From assembly GCF_019464535.1 (NCBI RefSeq), contig NZ_CP080507.1:1560001-1592000 (forward strand): a DNA stretch of 32,000 nt. Reading direction: 5' to 3'. The notes under the pieces were generated by a model. It had not been told where the DNA came from, did not search any database, and worked only from the letters and a program-made list of their open reading frames with translations. The stretch comes from Horticoccus luteus (GTDB lineage Bacteria; Verrucomicrobiota; Verrucomicrobiia; Opitutales; Opitutaceae). This document shows, in pieces, positions 1-8,490 of the stretch. The position numbers and the translations under genes were made by a program. Every line of letters begins with the position of its first letter. Position 1 is the first letter of the stretch.

Positions 1-409
1 GCACGCCGATCAATTTCGGTATCTGCTCGTCCGTGAGTCTCTCGATTTCGTCGCTGGCGAAAAGGTTGCGGGCAATGCCCCTCAGATAACTCGACTCACG
101 CCCGACATCGACGCCGATATGCAGGCTGAGGAAATGCATTCGAGCCGTCAATTTCACGAGCCGGAGGCGCGCCTGCTCGATCTGCCCGAGTTGCGCGTCG
201 AGATCGCCCGGCGCGCTCTCCGCTAGGAGCGCCCCGAGGACATCGTCAAATTCCTTCTGCGTGAAGTCTCTCGACGAGCACGCGCGCCCGATGGTGCGGC
301 GGTGCAGTTCGTAACGAGTGGCGTCATCGGCGGGCAGGCCACGCGCTGCGCGGGCTTTCATCCAGGCAGCGACGTGCACACGATATTTTTTGAGCTGGGG
401 GGCGGTCAT
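1..409 (-). CDS. GemA / Mu gp16-like protein (DUF1018-like); C-terminal end runs off the window
   Basis: The minus frame is open from ATG (409-407) to the window edge, so it is not in the ORF track (no stop in window). ATGA overlap with the stop (406-408) of the upstream gene. Translation MTAPQLKKYRVHVAAWMKARAARGLPADDATRYELHRRTIGRACSSRDFTQKEFDDVLGAL...YLRGIARNLFASDEIERLTDEQIPKLIGV resembles the Mu gp16 pattern as I remember it. Its position at the distal end of the early operon fits. Confidence 0.55.
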   Translation of the reverse strand, partial: MTAPQLKKYRVHVAAWMKARAARGLPADDATRYELHRRTIGRACSSRDFTQKEFDDVLGALLAESAPGDLDAQLGQIEQARLRLVKLTARMHFLSLHIGVDVGRESSYLRGIARNLFASDEIERLTDEQIPKLIGV

Positions 410-687
410 TTGATTATTTCCACCACGTAGGCGGAGGGAGTGTCGTCGGGATCGGTGATCCGTTGAGGCCCGCCGAAGCGCTCCGCGAACGCCACGGCCT
501 CGAAAAGCTGAAATCCCTTGTGGTGACGCTGCTCCAAACGGAGAAGCTCCGCCTCTGCCTGCTCACGCGACGACTGGAAAACGCTCGGCCGGTTTTCGGG
601 CGGGATAAACTGGCCGTGCAAAGCGTCACCGCCCCACTCAGTGGCGATGATCACCCAGCGCTTTGTTGTCGGAGACGTTTCGTCCAT
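406..687 (-). CDS. hypothetical early protein (93 aa)
   Basis: Track ORF in the early operon. It is 2 nt from the upstream stop and has an ATGA overlap with the downstream start. No motif recognised. Confidence 0.6.
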   Translation of the reverse strand: MDETSPTTKRWVIIATEWGGDALHGQFIPPENRPSVFQSSREQAEAELLRLEQRHHKGFQLFEAVAFAERFGGPQRITDPDDTPSAYVVEIIK

Positions 688-689
688 GA

Positions 690-968
690 TCAGAGGGTCG
701 GTGGCGGCGCGTTGCGCAAGCGGTAGGTGTTCGCGGAACGATCGAACTCGAAGTCGTAGCGCAGGCGGTCGCGCATGAATTCCATGTCGCGCACTACGGT
801 TTTACGGGCTACCTCGAAGCGCTGGGTCAGCCGCGTCGAATTGAACAGCACCCCGCGGCGCAGCAGGTCCGCGATGTGCATCATCCGCTCGATCGCGGGA
901 CGCTGGTTAGGCGTCGCCGTGTGCCAGCCGTTGACGGCAAAGTAGGTTTTGCGCTCGCCGGGAGTCAT
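690..968 (-). CDS. stand-alone winged-HTH DNA-binding protein (HTH_11/DeoR-N-like, as in N-termini of WYL-type regulators)
   Basis: 92 aa. IERMMHIADLLRRGVLFNSTRLTQRFEVARKTVVRDMEFMRDRLRYDFEFDRSANTYRL matches the wHTH pattern (name-of-locus ... VSrrTIyRDi..L...g.pi.yd...g.Y.l) by eye. 4-nt overlap with the upstream gene. Confidence 0.6.
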   Translation of the reverse strand: MTPGERKTYFAVNGWHTATPNQRPAIERMMHIADLLRRGVLFNSTRLTQRFEVARKTVVRDMEFMRDRLRYDFEFDRSANTYRLRNAPPPTL

Positions 969-1288
969 TGCGGTGAAGCATTCCTCCGCGCGATGGCGAG
1001 ATCATGCTGCAGTTGCGCGACCTTGTGCAGGAGACCGTCGAACTCTTCAGCAACCGCCCTGGCGCGCGCGGCCCTTTCCTGGTCGTCGGCCGAAGCGATC
1101 GACATGCGGATCGTGCCTTTGCCCAGCGTGGCGAGCGCCCGCTTCGATTTGATCAGCCGCCGCGCATGCAGGGCCAGCAGTCCACGCACGTTGACATCGA
1201 CATGGACGAGCACGATCTCCGCACCGGCGTCGACAAAGTGCATGCCGAGATTGGTGAAGACCGGAGATTTTTTCCCCTGCGGCGTCAT
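965..1288 (-). CDS. hypothetical early protein (107 aa)
   Basis: Start taken at ATG 1288-1286, which forms an ATGA overlap with the methyltransferase stop. The track ORF 965-1333 is 15 codons longer. No motif recognised. Confidence 0.5.
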   Translation of the reverse strand: MTPQGKKSPVFTNLGMHFVDAGAEIVLVHVDVNVRGLLALHARRLIKSKRALATLGKGTIRMSIASADDQERAARARAVAEEFDGLLHKVAQLQHDLAIARRNASPQ

Positions 1289-1779
1289 GACTTTAGGAAC
1301 ACGAGCCAGTGCGTACGGGCGGTCGTGCCGCACCGTTGACCGAAGAGCGGCTTCTCCGGAGTGAGAGCGAGCACGGTCGCGACCGGCACGCGGTGCTCAT
1401 TCCATTTGAAGATCAGCGTTCCGCGCGGGGCCAAGACCCGGAAGCACTCTGCGAAGCCGGCGCGGATTTCCTCGCGCCAGTCCGCTTTCAGCGTCCCGTA
1501 TTTTTTGGCGGTCCATCCGTTGGGACCGGCGAAAGTGTGAGGCGGATCGAACACCACGAGTGTGAATGTCGCGGACGCGAACGGAAGTGCCTTGAAGTCG
1601 GCGAGCACGTCAGGGTTCACGACGATTTCGCGACGTCCCTCGCGCGTGTCAGCGGCGCACGTCTCGCGGCGCTTGTCCACGAAGAGCGCGCGGCCATCAG
1701 CTTTATCGAACCAAAACATTTTAGAGCCGCAGCAGGCGTCGAGCACTGTAGGCCCGTCTGGGATAGGGTTGGGCATCAT
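1285..1779 (-). CDS. small SAM-dependent methyltransferase, probably DNA N6-A/N4-C type (DPPH motif)
   Basis: 164 aa. Motif I-like VLDACCGSKMF followed by motif IV-like VVFDPPH. Overlapping stop-start junctions on both sides. Very small, with no obvious target-recognition domain. Confidence 0.7.
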   Translation of the reverse strand: MMPNPIPDGPTVLDACCGSKMFWFDKADGRALFVDKRRETCAADTREGRREIVVNPDVLADFKALPFASATFTLVVFDPPHTFAGPNGWTAKKYGTLKADWREEIRAGFAECFRVLAPRGTLIFKWNEHRVPVATVLALTPEKPLFGQRCGTTARTHWLVFLKS

Positions 1780-2012
1780 GGCCGCGTGATTTTCTCCAGG
1801 ACGAAGTCGCGCTCGGCGGCGGTCGTGAACTCAGTCGCGCCCGTGGGCATCGCGATCGGATGGAAGACGCCCGTGTTGATGCTCTGCACTTCGATGGTGT
1901 TACCCGCGCCTGCCCGCACCGCGTGGCCTTCGCGCCGCGCGATCTCGCGCACGAGCGCGATCCACTCGGGCATGAGCGAGGCGGCGGTGACGGGTGGCGG
2001 GAGCGATTTCAT
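1776..2012 (-). CDS. hypothetical early protein (78 aa)
   Basis: Track ORF with 4-nt overlaps to both neighbours. No motif recognised. Confidence 0.55.
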   Translation of the reverse strand: MKSLPPPVTAASLMPEWIALVREIARREGHAVRAGAGNTIEVQSINTGVFHPIAMPTGATEFTTAAERDFVLEKITRP

Positions 2013-2215
2013 GAGTGCTGCTTTACCGCATCGCCCATCCGCTTGATTTGTTCGCTTGTGAGGCCGCCGACCTCCGAACTGTCATCGCGCTGATCCGCAG
2101 CGTCGCGATAAATGGTCCATGCCGGGCCTCTGCCGGTGGTCTCTGCGCGCACAAGGCGCACCGGTTGGCCGTGCACGTTGCTGCCGAGATCATACTCAAT
2201 GCGGGAGGGGGTCAT
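2009..2215 (-). CDS. hypothetical early protein (68 aa)
   Basis: Start taken at ATG 2215-2213, giving an ATGA overlap with the gam stop at 2212-2214. The track ORF 2009-2287 is 24 codons longer and would overlap gam. Confidence 0.5.
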   Translation of the reverse strand: MTPSRIEYDLGSNVHGQPVRLVRAETTGRGPAWTIYRDAADQRDDSSEVGGLTSEQIKRMGDAVKQHS

Positions 2216-2742
2216 GACGCCTTCGCCTCCGTGCTCGACTGCTCCTTCGGTTCGACGAAGAAGGTTTCGGCCTGATCGACACGACAACCCACGGCGGCCA
2301 GCTGTTCGGCGTCGAGTTGCTGCTTGAGCGCGTCTTTGTCTGGCTCACGCCGCATGCGGATGAAAGTCAGCAGATGCCGCGCATCGAGCACCTCGACCAC
2401 CTTCTCCCAAGTCCAGGAGCGATTGAGCAGCTTCAACGTGGGCTGGCCCAAACGAAAGCCGAAGAACGCGAGCGCCGTCTCCGCGCTCTTGGCTTTGCCT
2501 GGCAAGAGTTCGTCCCGATGCTCTTCAGCGTATTTCTCGACCAGGAGCGTGAGGGCTTCGACGCGGGCGCCGGCCTCGCGCACGCCCGGTTCCCATTCGG
2601 CGCGGACAGCTTGGATCTTTTCGTCACGTCGCGCTTCGAGTTTGCGGAGGGCGACAGTGGTGCGCGCGAGGTCGTCGACGCAGCGATCAAACTCGATGCG
2701 CGACGAGAGGGATGGTGCTTTGAGGCGGGAATTTTTAGTCAT
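2212..2742 (-). CDS. gam: Mu Gam-like host-nuclease inhibitor protein
   Basis: 176 aa (Mu Gam is about 174 aa). Coiled-coil N-half (VDDLARTTVALRKLEARRDEKIQAVRAEWEP...), then AKSAETALAFFGFRLGQPTLKLL and TFIRMRREPDKDALK, which match the Gam family pattern as I remember it. Lies in the early region downstream of A/B, as in Mu. Confidence 0.8.
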   Translation of the reverse strand: MTKNSRLKAPSLSSRIEFDRCVDDLARTTVALRKLEARRDEKIQAVRAEWEPGVREAGARVEALTLLVEKYAEEHRDELLPGKAKSAETALAFFGFRLGQPTLKLLNRSWTWEKVVEVLDARHLLTFIRMRREPDKDALKQQLDAEQLAAVGCRVDQAETFFVEPKEQSSTEAKAS

Positions 2743-2953
2743 GGGTGTGGCGTGAGTTGGGGGTGAACATAGAGAACGAGGCGGCGAGCTCTTCGAGCTG
2801 CGCGGTCCACAGGGTGTGTTGCGCTGCGCGGGCGCGCATGTGTTCGGCGCCGGGGATGAGGTCGTTCCGCAGAAGGACGACGGCGGCGCTGTCGCACGAT
2901 TCGACTTCGGCCTGGTGGTGCGTGATCAACGCGCGGAGATCGTCGATTGTCAT
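2735..2953 (-). CDS. hypothetical early protein (72 aa)
   Basis: Start taken at ATG 2953-2951 (MTIDDLRALITHHQAEVESCD...), giving an ATGA overlap with the stop of the upstream small ORF. The N-terminal 98 codons of track ORF 2735-3247 look like Arg/Ala-rich non-coding translation. Confidence 0.5.
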   Translation of the reverse strand: MTIDDLRALITHHQAEVESCDSAAVVLLRNDLIPGAEHMRARAAQHTLWTAQLEELAASFSMFTPNSRHTHD

Positions 2954-3117
2954 GGCAGGAGGCCGGCGACGTAGCCGGCGAGCGTCGCAGCGGAGAAAAA
3001 GCCGAGCACGAACCACACGCTGCAACGGTGGTGCAGCCGCACACCCACCTGCCGCCGCGTTGTGTGCGTAAGGCCCGAGAGCGGCGCGGGACCGCGCGTG
3101 GCGGGATAGTGTTTCAC
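2950..3117 (-). CDS. possible small membrane protein (55 aa, GTG start)
   Basis: GTG 3117-3115 forms a GTGA overlap with the upstream stop (3114-3116), and the stop at 2950-2952 overlaps the next ATG. C-terminal hydrophobic stretch VWFVLGFFSAATLAGYVAGLL. Supported only by the coupling geometry. Confidence 0.3.
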   Translation of the reverse strand: MKHYPATRGPAPLSGLTHTTRRQVGVRLHHRCSVWFVLGFFSAATLAGYVAGLLP

Positions 3118-3533
3118 GCGGCACCGCCTTTCGCGCCGCACGGGCGCGGCGCGCGGGGAAGTTCGGCCCAGGCGTGGACGTCTTTTGCAGGGTGGCCCGT
3201 CGCAAACTGCCAGGCTCCACGGACGCAAAAGCCCTCGCTTGCCTCATGTTCCCCGCGGCAGGCGATCAGCACGTCGCGGAGGGGTTCGGGTAGGCGCACG
3301 CGCGCGTCGATCCAGATGAGCGTCGACGAACCGACGGTGTCCGTTTCGTCCCACGCATCGGTGATCGCGCTGAAGGCCGCGTAGACTTCAGCCGACTCTT
3401 CGCGACCGTCGACGGCGAGGCACGCGCGCAGGGGCACATCATTGCGATCGCGTGCGACGACGGCCAGCGACGCGGCGCCGGTATTTTGGAGTGTCGCGAA
3501 TAAGTCCGCGACGCAGGGATTTTCGGTGCTCAT
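3114..3533 (-). CDS. hypothetical early protein (139 aa)
   Basis: Start taken at ATG 3533-3531 (MSTENPCVADLFATLQ...), giving an ATGA overlap with the MuB-like stop. The upstream part of track ORF 3114-3989 is antisense/out-of-frame to the MuB-like gene. Confidence 0.55.
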   Translation of the reverse strand: MSTENPCVADLFATLQNTGAASLAVVARDRNDVPLRACLAVDGREESAEVYAAFSAITDAWDETDTVGSSTLIWIDARVRLPEPLRDVLIACRGEHEASEGFCVRGAWQFATGHPAKDVHAWAELPRAPRPCGAKGGAA

Positions 3534-4762
3534 GCCGCCCTCCCTTCCGCCTTGTCCCAGCCTGTCTTCGGCGGGAGGGCTTGCTGCGCGATGGCGAAGT
3601 GCGCGACGATGAAATCGCGCCACGCAGGCTGGTCGCGCTGCTCGTCGGCGGCCAGCTCGTGCGCCATGCGGATGCGCTCCATGATGGCGGTGAGTCCTTC
3701 TTCCTCGCAGAGCTGCTTGAGCGCCGCCCAGGGCGTGTCGGCGAGGCCGCTGCCGAGGACGATCTGGTCGTGCCGCTCGGCCCACTCGAAGCCGTAGCCT
3801 TCGACGATCACCCGCACGTCTTCGACGAGCGGCTTGCTGCCGAGGTTCACGCGCAGCACACCGCGGCGGAAGATCTGCATCAGCTCGCGCTTGCGCTCCT
3901 TCGCGACCATGTCGTAACCCAGCTCCGTGAACGTGAGCACGAGGCCGAATTTCTTCGCGTCCCACAGCCGGCGAATCTGCTCCATGCACGCGAAGAACGA
4001 GCCCTTGCGATAGACGTTGGCGAGGAGATGCACCTCGTCGAGGATCAGCACCATGTCGCTCGTGAGCCCGGCCTTGATGCGCTTGATCAGCTCCGGGGTG
4101 TTGGCGTTGGGGCTGATGCCGAGCTTCACGGCGATCGCCTGGAGGAGACCCTTCAGGCCGTTCACCGCCTCGACTTCGACCAGGATCGTCTTCCCGTGGT
4201 TGAAATCGATCGTGTTCTGGAGGCAGGCCTCGGTCTTCCCGAGCTGCGAGCCGCCGAAAATCATCACGGGCCGGCCGCTCTTCCGCGCCTGCTCGATCGC
4301 CCAGTAGACGCGCTTCGCCGTGGCGGTGTGAAAGAAACGCTTGGCACCCATCTTCGCGCGGGAGATTTCGAGCTTACGGAAGGCGCGGATCGCCTTCACG
4401 AGCTTCTCCGGCGCGTCCATCAGCCGGCCCGTCTCCGGGTGTTTGTATTTCCCGGAGTAGAGCTTGTAGATCGTGTTGGTGTTGTAGCCGACGCGATCGC
4501 AGAACGACGCGAAGTCGATCGAATGCTCCTGGTCGATGCACCAGGTGAACGCCCAGACGAGGAGTTCCTTGGCCTCGGGCTCCATGTATTGGATGTTCGC
4601 CCGGAGCGTGTCCAAGGAGAAGCGCCAGGAGGCGCGGACCGTGTTGCCCTGGTTTGCGAGCGCGCGCTCGACGGCTTGGGCGTTCTCGCCTGGCGTCGAG
4701 ATTGGTGCGGGGATTTGGGGTTGTGCGCCCTCGGGCGCGGGGGTATCGGGATGTGCTGGCAT
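3530..4762 (-). CDS. MuB-like AAA+ ATPase (DNA transposition/target-capture protein B)
   Basis: 410 aa from ATG 4762-4760, with AGGAAA 5-6 nt upstream. Walker A MIFGGSQLGKTEA and Walker B MVLILDEVH. Immediately downstream of the transposase, as for Mu A-B. Confidence 0.8.
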   Translation of the reverse strand: MPAHPDTPAPEGAQPQIPAPISTPGENAQAVERALANQGNTVRASWRFSLDTLRANIQYMEPEAKELLVWAFTWCIDQEHSIDFASFCDRVGYNTNTIYKLYSGKYKHPETGRLMDAPEKLVKAIRAFRKLEISRAKMGAKRFFHTATAKRVYWAIEQARKSGRPVMIFGGSQLGKTEACLQNTIDFNHGKTILVEVEAVNGLKGLLQAIAVKLGISPNANTPELIKRIKAGLTSDMVLILDEVHLLANVYRKGSFFACMEQIRRLWDAKKFGLVLTFTELGYDMVAKERKRELMQIFRRGVLRVNLGSKPLVEDVRVIVEGYGFEWAERHDQIVLGSGLADTPWAALKQLCEEEGLTAIMERIRMAHELAADEQRDQPAWRDFIVAHFAIAQQALPPKTGWDKAEGRAA

Positions 4763-4835
4763 GATCGTTTCCTGATTACTGGTTGGGTTTCGGTTTTGCT
4801 CGGGCCGCAGCGTTCGCGCGCTGCGGCCCTCTGCG

Positions 4836-6956
4836 TTAAAAGAGCTTCGTCGCGTCGAGTTCCTGGGCGCCCTGCAGGGCCGCTGCACGGCGGTTGCTGG
4901 TCTCCTGCCGGTGCGCGTCGGCCGCGATCGCGGTGGCGAGGCTGCCGCCGGCCGCGGCGTGCTGTGGCTGCGCGCCGGGCGTCGCCTGAGCGAGCTGGGC
5001 GGTGATGCCGGCGCGCTTGCCGCCGTTCTGCGCGACGGTCGTGGCGCCCCAGGCGGCGAGCTTCGCGTCGTTCTCGGCGATCATCAGGGCGAGAGCCTTG
5101 TCTGCCTCGCCGTGGCGGGCGCGGACCGGCGCGAGCACGCACTTCGTGATCAGCCGCGTGATCTCGCCCTGCTCGATGGCGATCGCCTCGCGGTCGCGGA
5201 TATCGACCGCGCCGCGGCGGCGGACCTTGTCGACGAGGCGGCCGTCCGGGAGCGTCACCCAGAGTTGGTTCGGCTGCGCGGGGTCGAAGTAGCCGAGCAG
5301 CGCCGTGCCCTCGGGCAACGCCATCGCCTTCGAGTCGGCGTCGGCGAAGGTGTAGCCCTCGCCGAGGTGCGTGAACGTGATGCGGTGGTTCTCCAGCTTG
5401 CACTGCTTGGGCGTGAGGAGGAGGAGCGCGAGCACGTGCTCGGCGGGCTTCACGAAGGCGACGCCTTCGGTGATGCGGGCAAACTTCTCCAGGGGCGACT
5501 CCCGGCGCGGCACGGGCACGAGCGCCGTGATCTGCTCGCGCGTGAGAGCCTGGGCGGCGGCCAGCGTGATGGCGCCGGAGCCATCGGGCAGCGCGTAATC
5601 GCAGACCTCGCGGAAGCCTTCCATCCCGTGCCGGTCGCGCCGCTCCAGATAGTCGAACACGCGGTGATACGCCGTGAGCGCGTCGTCGAACATCCAGAAC
5701 CCGGTGTGCAGCTCCGCCTGCTGCTCGGGCGTGAGTGCCTCGATCGCGAGGAGTTTCTCGGCGTAGAGGAGCTTCGCCTCCAGGTCGCCGGGGCGCAGGT
5801 CGTAGGTCGCGCCGATCTGGCCGGCGAAGGCGCCCGCGTGATTCCACGCGATGTTGAACGTGCTTTCGATCCAGCCCTTTTCGTAGGGCTTGCCGCCGCG
5901 CTCCACGAAGCCGTTGGGCAGCACCTTGTCGGCGAGGAGGCCGGTGCGCGCGACCTGCACGCCGAGGAGTGCCTGGAGCATCGCGGCGACGTCGTCGGTG
6001 ATCGCGGCGGCGGCGTTTTCGCAGAGAATGGTCACGCCGTAGTCGCGCGGCAGGCCGAACTCGGTGAAGATCGAGAAGAGCAGGCCCTGCACGTCGGCGC
6101 GGGTGATCGCGATCTTCTTGCCGTCCTCATCCTTGAACCGCGGCTTGAGGCCGAGGCCGACGCGGCGGCGCGTGGCGACATCGAGCGCGAGCAGGCCCAC
6201 GCACTCGCAGATTTCGTAGCGGCCGGTGCGCGGGTTGCGCGCCTGGACGAGGATATCCGTGCGGAAGTCGTCGATCGTGATCAGCTCCATGAAGCGGAGC
6301 TGGCTCGTGTCGCGGATGAGATGAGGGAGGTAACGCTTAGCCGCGTGGAAGCCGCGCCGGGCGAGCCGCCGCTCCGCCTTCGACGACTGCTTCGTGTAGA
6401 GGTTGCTTTGCGACCACCCGCGCGGGAAGAAGCCGAAGGGATAACGCTCGGGCGTGTCGCGCTCCGGGTATTGCGTGGCGAAGTATTCGCGCCACGTCCC
6501 GTAGCCGGCGATGGCTTCACCGGCCGCCCACTCCGCCTTGATTTGCATCATGACCGCCCGCGCCGGGTTCTCGCGCTTGTTTTGCTCGACGCGGCGGCGG
6601 AAGAACTCGACGAATGCCGCGGGCACCGCCTCCGGCCCCTTCCACCGCGGGATGAGCACGCGCCAGTCGCGTGTCTTCGTGTAGGCGTAGTAGAGCGTCT
6701 TCAGGTTGCTCGCGCTAAACCCGCGACCCGGATGCTCCAAGGCGAGCCGGTAGCACGTGGCGACGACGCCGTCGGTCGACGAGCGGATATCGTCGAACAT
6801 CGAGATCAACGCCGCGATGCGCTGCCGCTGCTCCTCCGTCGTCTTGTTGTGAAACTCCTCGTGGTGGGCGAGTGGCACGATGGCGGCCACGGCGGCCGGA
6901 ATCGACGACCCGGCCGGGCTGGCCAGCGAAAGAGCGGAAGAATCGGCGGAAGGCAT
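4836..6956 (-). CDS. MuA-like DDE transposase
   Basis: 706 aa. Candidate DDE triad contexts are ITIDDFRTD, LLALDVATRRR and ILCENAAAAIT. HTH-like N-terminus. Size, and position upstream of an AAA+ partner, are as in Mu. Confidence 0.85.
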   Translation of the reverse strand: MPSADSSALSLASPAGSSIPAAVAAIVPLAHHEEFHNKTTEEQRQRIAALISMFDDIRSSTDGVVATCYRLALEHPGRGFSASNLKTLYYAYTKTRDWRVLIPRWKGPEAVPAAFVEFFRRRVEQNKRENPARAVMMQIKAEWAAGEAIAGYGTWREYFATQYPERDTPERYPFGFFPRGWSQSNLYTKQSSKAERRLARRGFHAAKRYLPHLIRDTSQLRFMELITIDDFRTDILVQARNPRTGRYEICECVGLLALDVATRRRVGLGLKPRFKDEDGKKIAITRADVQGLLFSIFTEFGLPRDYGVTILCENAAAAITDDVAAMLQALLGVQVARTGLLADKVLPNGFVERGGKPYEKGWIESTFNIAWNHAGAFAGQIGATYDLRPGDLEAKLLYAEKLLAIEALTPEQQAELHTGFWMFDDALTAYHRVFDYLERRDRHGMEGFREVCDYALPDGSGAITLAAAQALTREQITALVPVPRRESPLEKFARITEGVAFVKPAEHVLALLLLTPKQCKLENHRITFTHLGEGYTFADADSKAMALPEGTALLGYFDPAQPNQLWVTLPDGRLVDKVRRRGAVDIRDREAIAIEQGEITRLITKCVLAPVRARHGEADKALALMIAENDAKLAAWGATTVAQNGGKRAGITAQLAQATPGAQPQHAAAGGSLATAIAADAHRQETSNRRAAALQGAQELDATKLF

Positions 6957-6977
6957 GGCGGTGTCGTTGGGTGTTGG

Positions 6978-8087
6978 TTACACGGGCAGGGCGGATGTCT
7001 TGCCCTTGGCCTCGTCGTAGAGGCGGCGGAATTCGGCGACCGAGTCGGTCACCGTCTGGTGGAGGGTTTCCAGTTGCTGCGGCGTGAGCCGCGCGATGTT
7101 CTCGCGGGAGGTGACGAGTTGGCGGAAGCCGTAGACGCGCTCCGCGACCTCGGTGAAATAGTCTTCGGCCTGACCGGGCTGCGGCGCATCGTCCTCATCC
7201 TCCTTCGCCGTCTCCAGCTCGGTCTTGAGGCCGACGCCCTTGATGCCGTGCTTGATCAGCAGTTCATTGAGCGAAAGGCCGGCCGTGAACTTCTCCAGCT
7301 TGGCCCGGAGCTGCTGCCCGGCGTGGTTGTCGGCCAGATCGAGCGAGGTCTGATCGCCCGGCAGCGCGAGCAATTCCGGCTTCTGCGCCTTCGTCTTCTC
7401 CAGGAAGACCATCGCCAGGCGCATGTAATTGTTCGCCTGGCTTTTTTTGACCGTGCGGCAAATTTCCACCGCGGTGGAAATTTGCCCGATCCACTTGCCG
7501 AAATGCCCGTGGGGCAGCGAGGCCTTCACGCGGTGCAGCGTGAGGCCGGCCAGGATGCCGCCTTTGGCGGCGTTGCTCTCCATTTCGCCCACGGCCGCCA
7601 CTTGGGCGACCGCGAGCGATTGGAGCTTGGCGACACCGTCTTTGGCCACGGCGAGGTCCGGCGCGGCGAGGAGGGTGAGGGCGTGTTTCTTTGGAGAACT
7701 GGACATGTTGGGTTGAGAGTTGAGAGCGGAGGGTTGAGGGGCGGTGGCGGCCGTGCCGCGCTTGATCGCGAGATGCACGGCGGGGATGCTCAGCGGCTTG
7801 CCACCGCGCACTTCGCACCGGTGCGCCCGCAGCCCCTGCCGCGTGAAATTCCCCCGCGTGCAATACGGGCAGTGGAAGAGCGGATCGGGCGGCGTGGCCT
7901 GGCGGATCGCGGCATCCAGGAGGCGGCACTTCGTCGTGCCCTCGCGGAGGTTGCCCGCCAGTTCGCGGGCGCGCCGCAGCACGGCGAGGTCGGTGGCGCC
8001 GGCCGCGAGCGAGTTCTTCAGGTCGTCGATATTGCCGTAGACGATCCGGGCGGCGGCGAGATCGAGGGGCGATTGCGTCGGCTTCAT
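6978..8087 (-). CDS. early protein with an N-terminal C2HC/C2H2-like zinc finger and a DUF3102-like central region
   Basis: 369 aa. FHCPYCTRGNFTRQGLRAHRC (7815-7877) has C-x2-C-x12-H-x-C spacing. GGILAGLTLHRVKASLPHGHFGKWIGQ...ANNYMRLAMVF resembles DUF3102 as I remember it. Acidic helical C-terminus. ATGA overlap with the upstream gene. Confidence 0.55.
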   Translation of the reverse strand: MKPTQSPLDLAAARIVYGNIDDLKNSLAAGATDLAVLRRARELAGNLREGTTKCRLLDAAIRQATPPDPLFHCPYCTRGNFTRQGLRAHRCEVRGGKPLSIPAVHLAIKRGTAATAPQPSALNSQPNMSSSPKKHALTLLAAPDLAVAKDGVAKLQSLAVAQVAAVGEMESNAAKGGILAGLTLHRVKASLPHGHFGKWIGQISTAVEICRTVKKSQANNYMRLAMVFLEKTKAQKPELLALPGDQTSLDLADNHAGQQLRAKLEKFTAGLSLNELLIKHGIKGVGLKTELETAKEDEDDAPQPGQAEDYFTEVAERVYGFRQLVTSRENIARLTPQQLETLHQTVTDSVAEFRRLYDEAKGKTSALPV

Positions 8088-8404
8088 GAGGCGAGGAGGA
8101 CTTTGATCTCGCGCTGGAGCTCGATCAGGGTGGCGCGCGGCAGATCGCGCATGAGCCGGAGGCGGGCCGTCGCGTCGGTCACGGCGCGGACCACAAAGTC
8201 CCGATAGCTCTCGATCGGGATGCGATAGGTGGCGCGCGAAGAGCCCAGGCCGCGGACGTCGAGGGCGTTGATCTTCCCTTCCACGATGAGGTCGATCACG
8301 TGCTGCGGCGTGATACCCAGTTTCACCGCGACCTCCTCCACCCGGAGCGAGACGCGACCGGGAAAGTCGAGCGAGGCGAAGGGAAACTGGAGTTGCTCAG
8401 GCAT
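8084..8404 (-). CDS. excisionase/MerR-type HTH DNA-binding protein
   Basis: 106 aa. VSLRVEEVAVKLGITPQHVIDLIVEGKINALDV...YRIPIESYRDFV is a typical HTH_17/Xis-like pattern. Confidence 0.6.
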   Translation of the reverse strand: MPEQLQFPFASLDFPGRVSLRVEEVAVKLGITPQHVIDLIVEGKINALDVRGLGSSRATYRIPIESYRDFVVRAVTDATARLRLMRDLPRATLIELQREIKVLLAS

Positions 8405-8490
8405 CAGGGCGAGTGGGTGGTTTTAGCGGGGCGCGATAGTGGAAAAGCTGATAGGTGCGGGCGTGCGGAATGGAGGTGCGGCGATGGCGC

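Noticed and set aside
3452-5847. ORFs 3452-5005 (+, 517 aa) and 4420-5847 (-, 475 aa)
   Set aside because: They are antisense or out-of-frame shadows of the MuB-like and MuA-like genes. The translations are Arg/Pro/Ala-rich nonsense without motifs and are incompatible with the tightly coupled early operon.
4911-8207. Very long plus-strand ORF (1098 aa) spanning the transposase and upstream genes
   Set aside because: It is antisense to two genes with clear domain content (the DDE transposase and the DUF3102-like protein). Its translation is Arg/Gly/Ala/Leu/Glu-rich low complexity with no motifs. It shares wobble positions with the real genes, which is typical of shadow ORFs in about 70 % G+C DNA.
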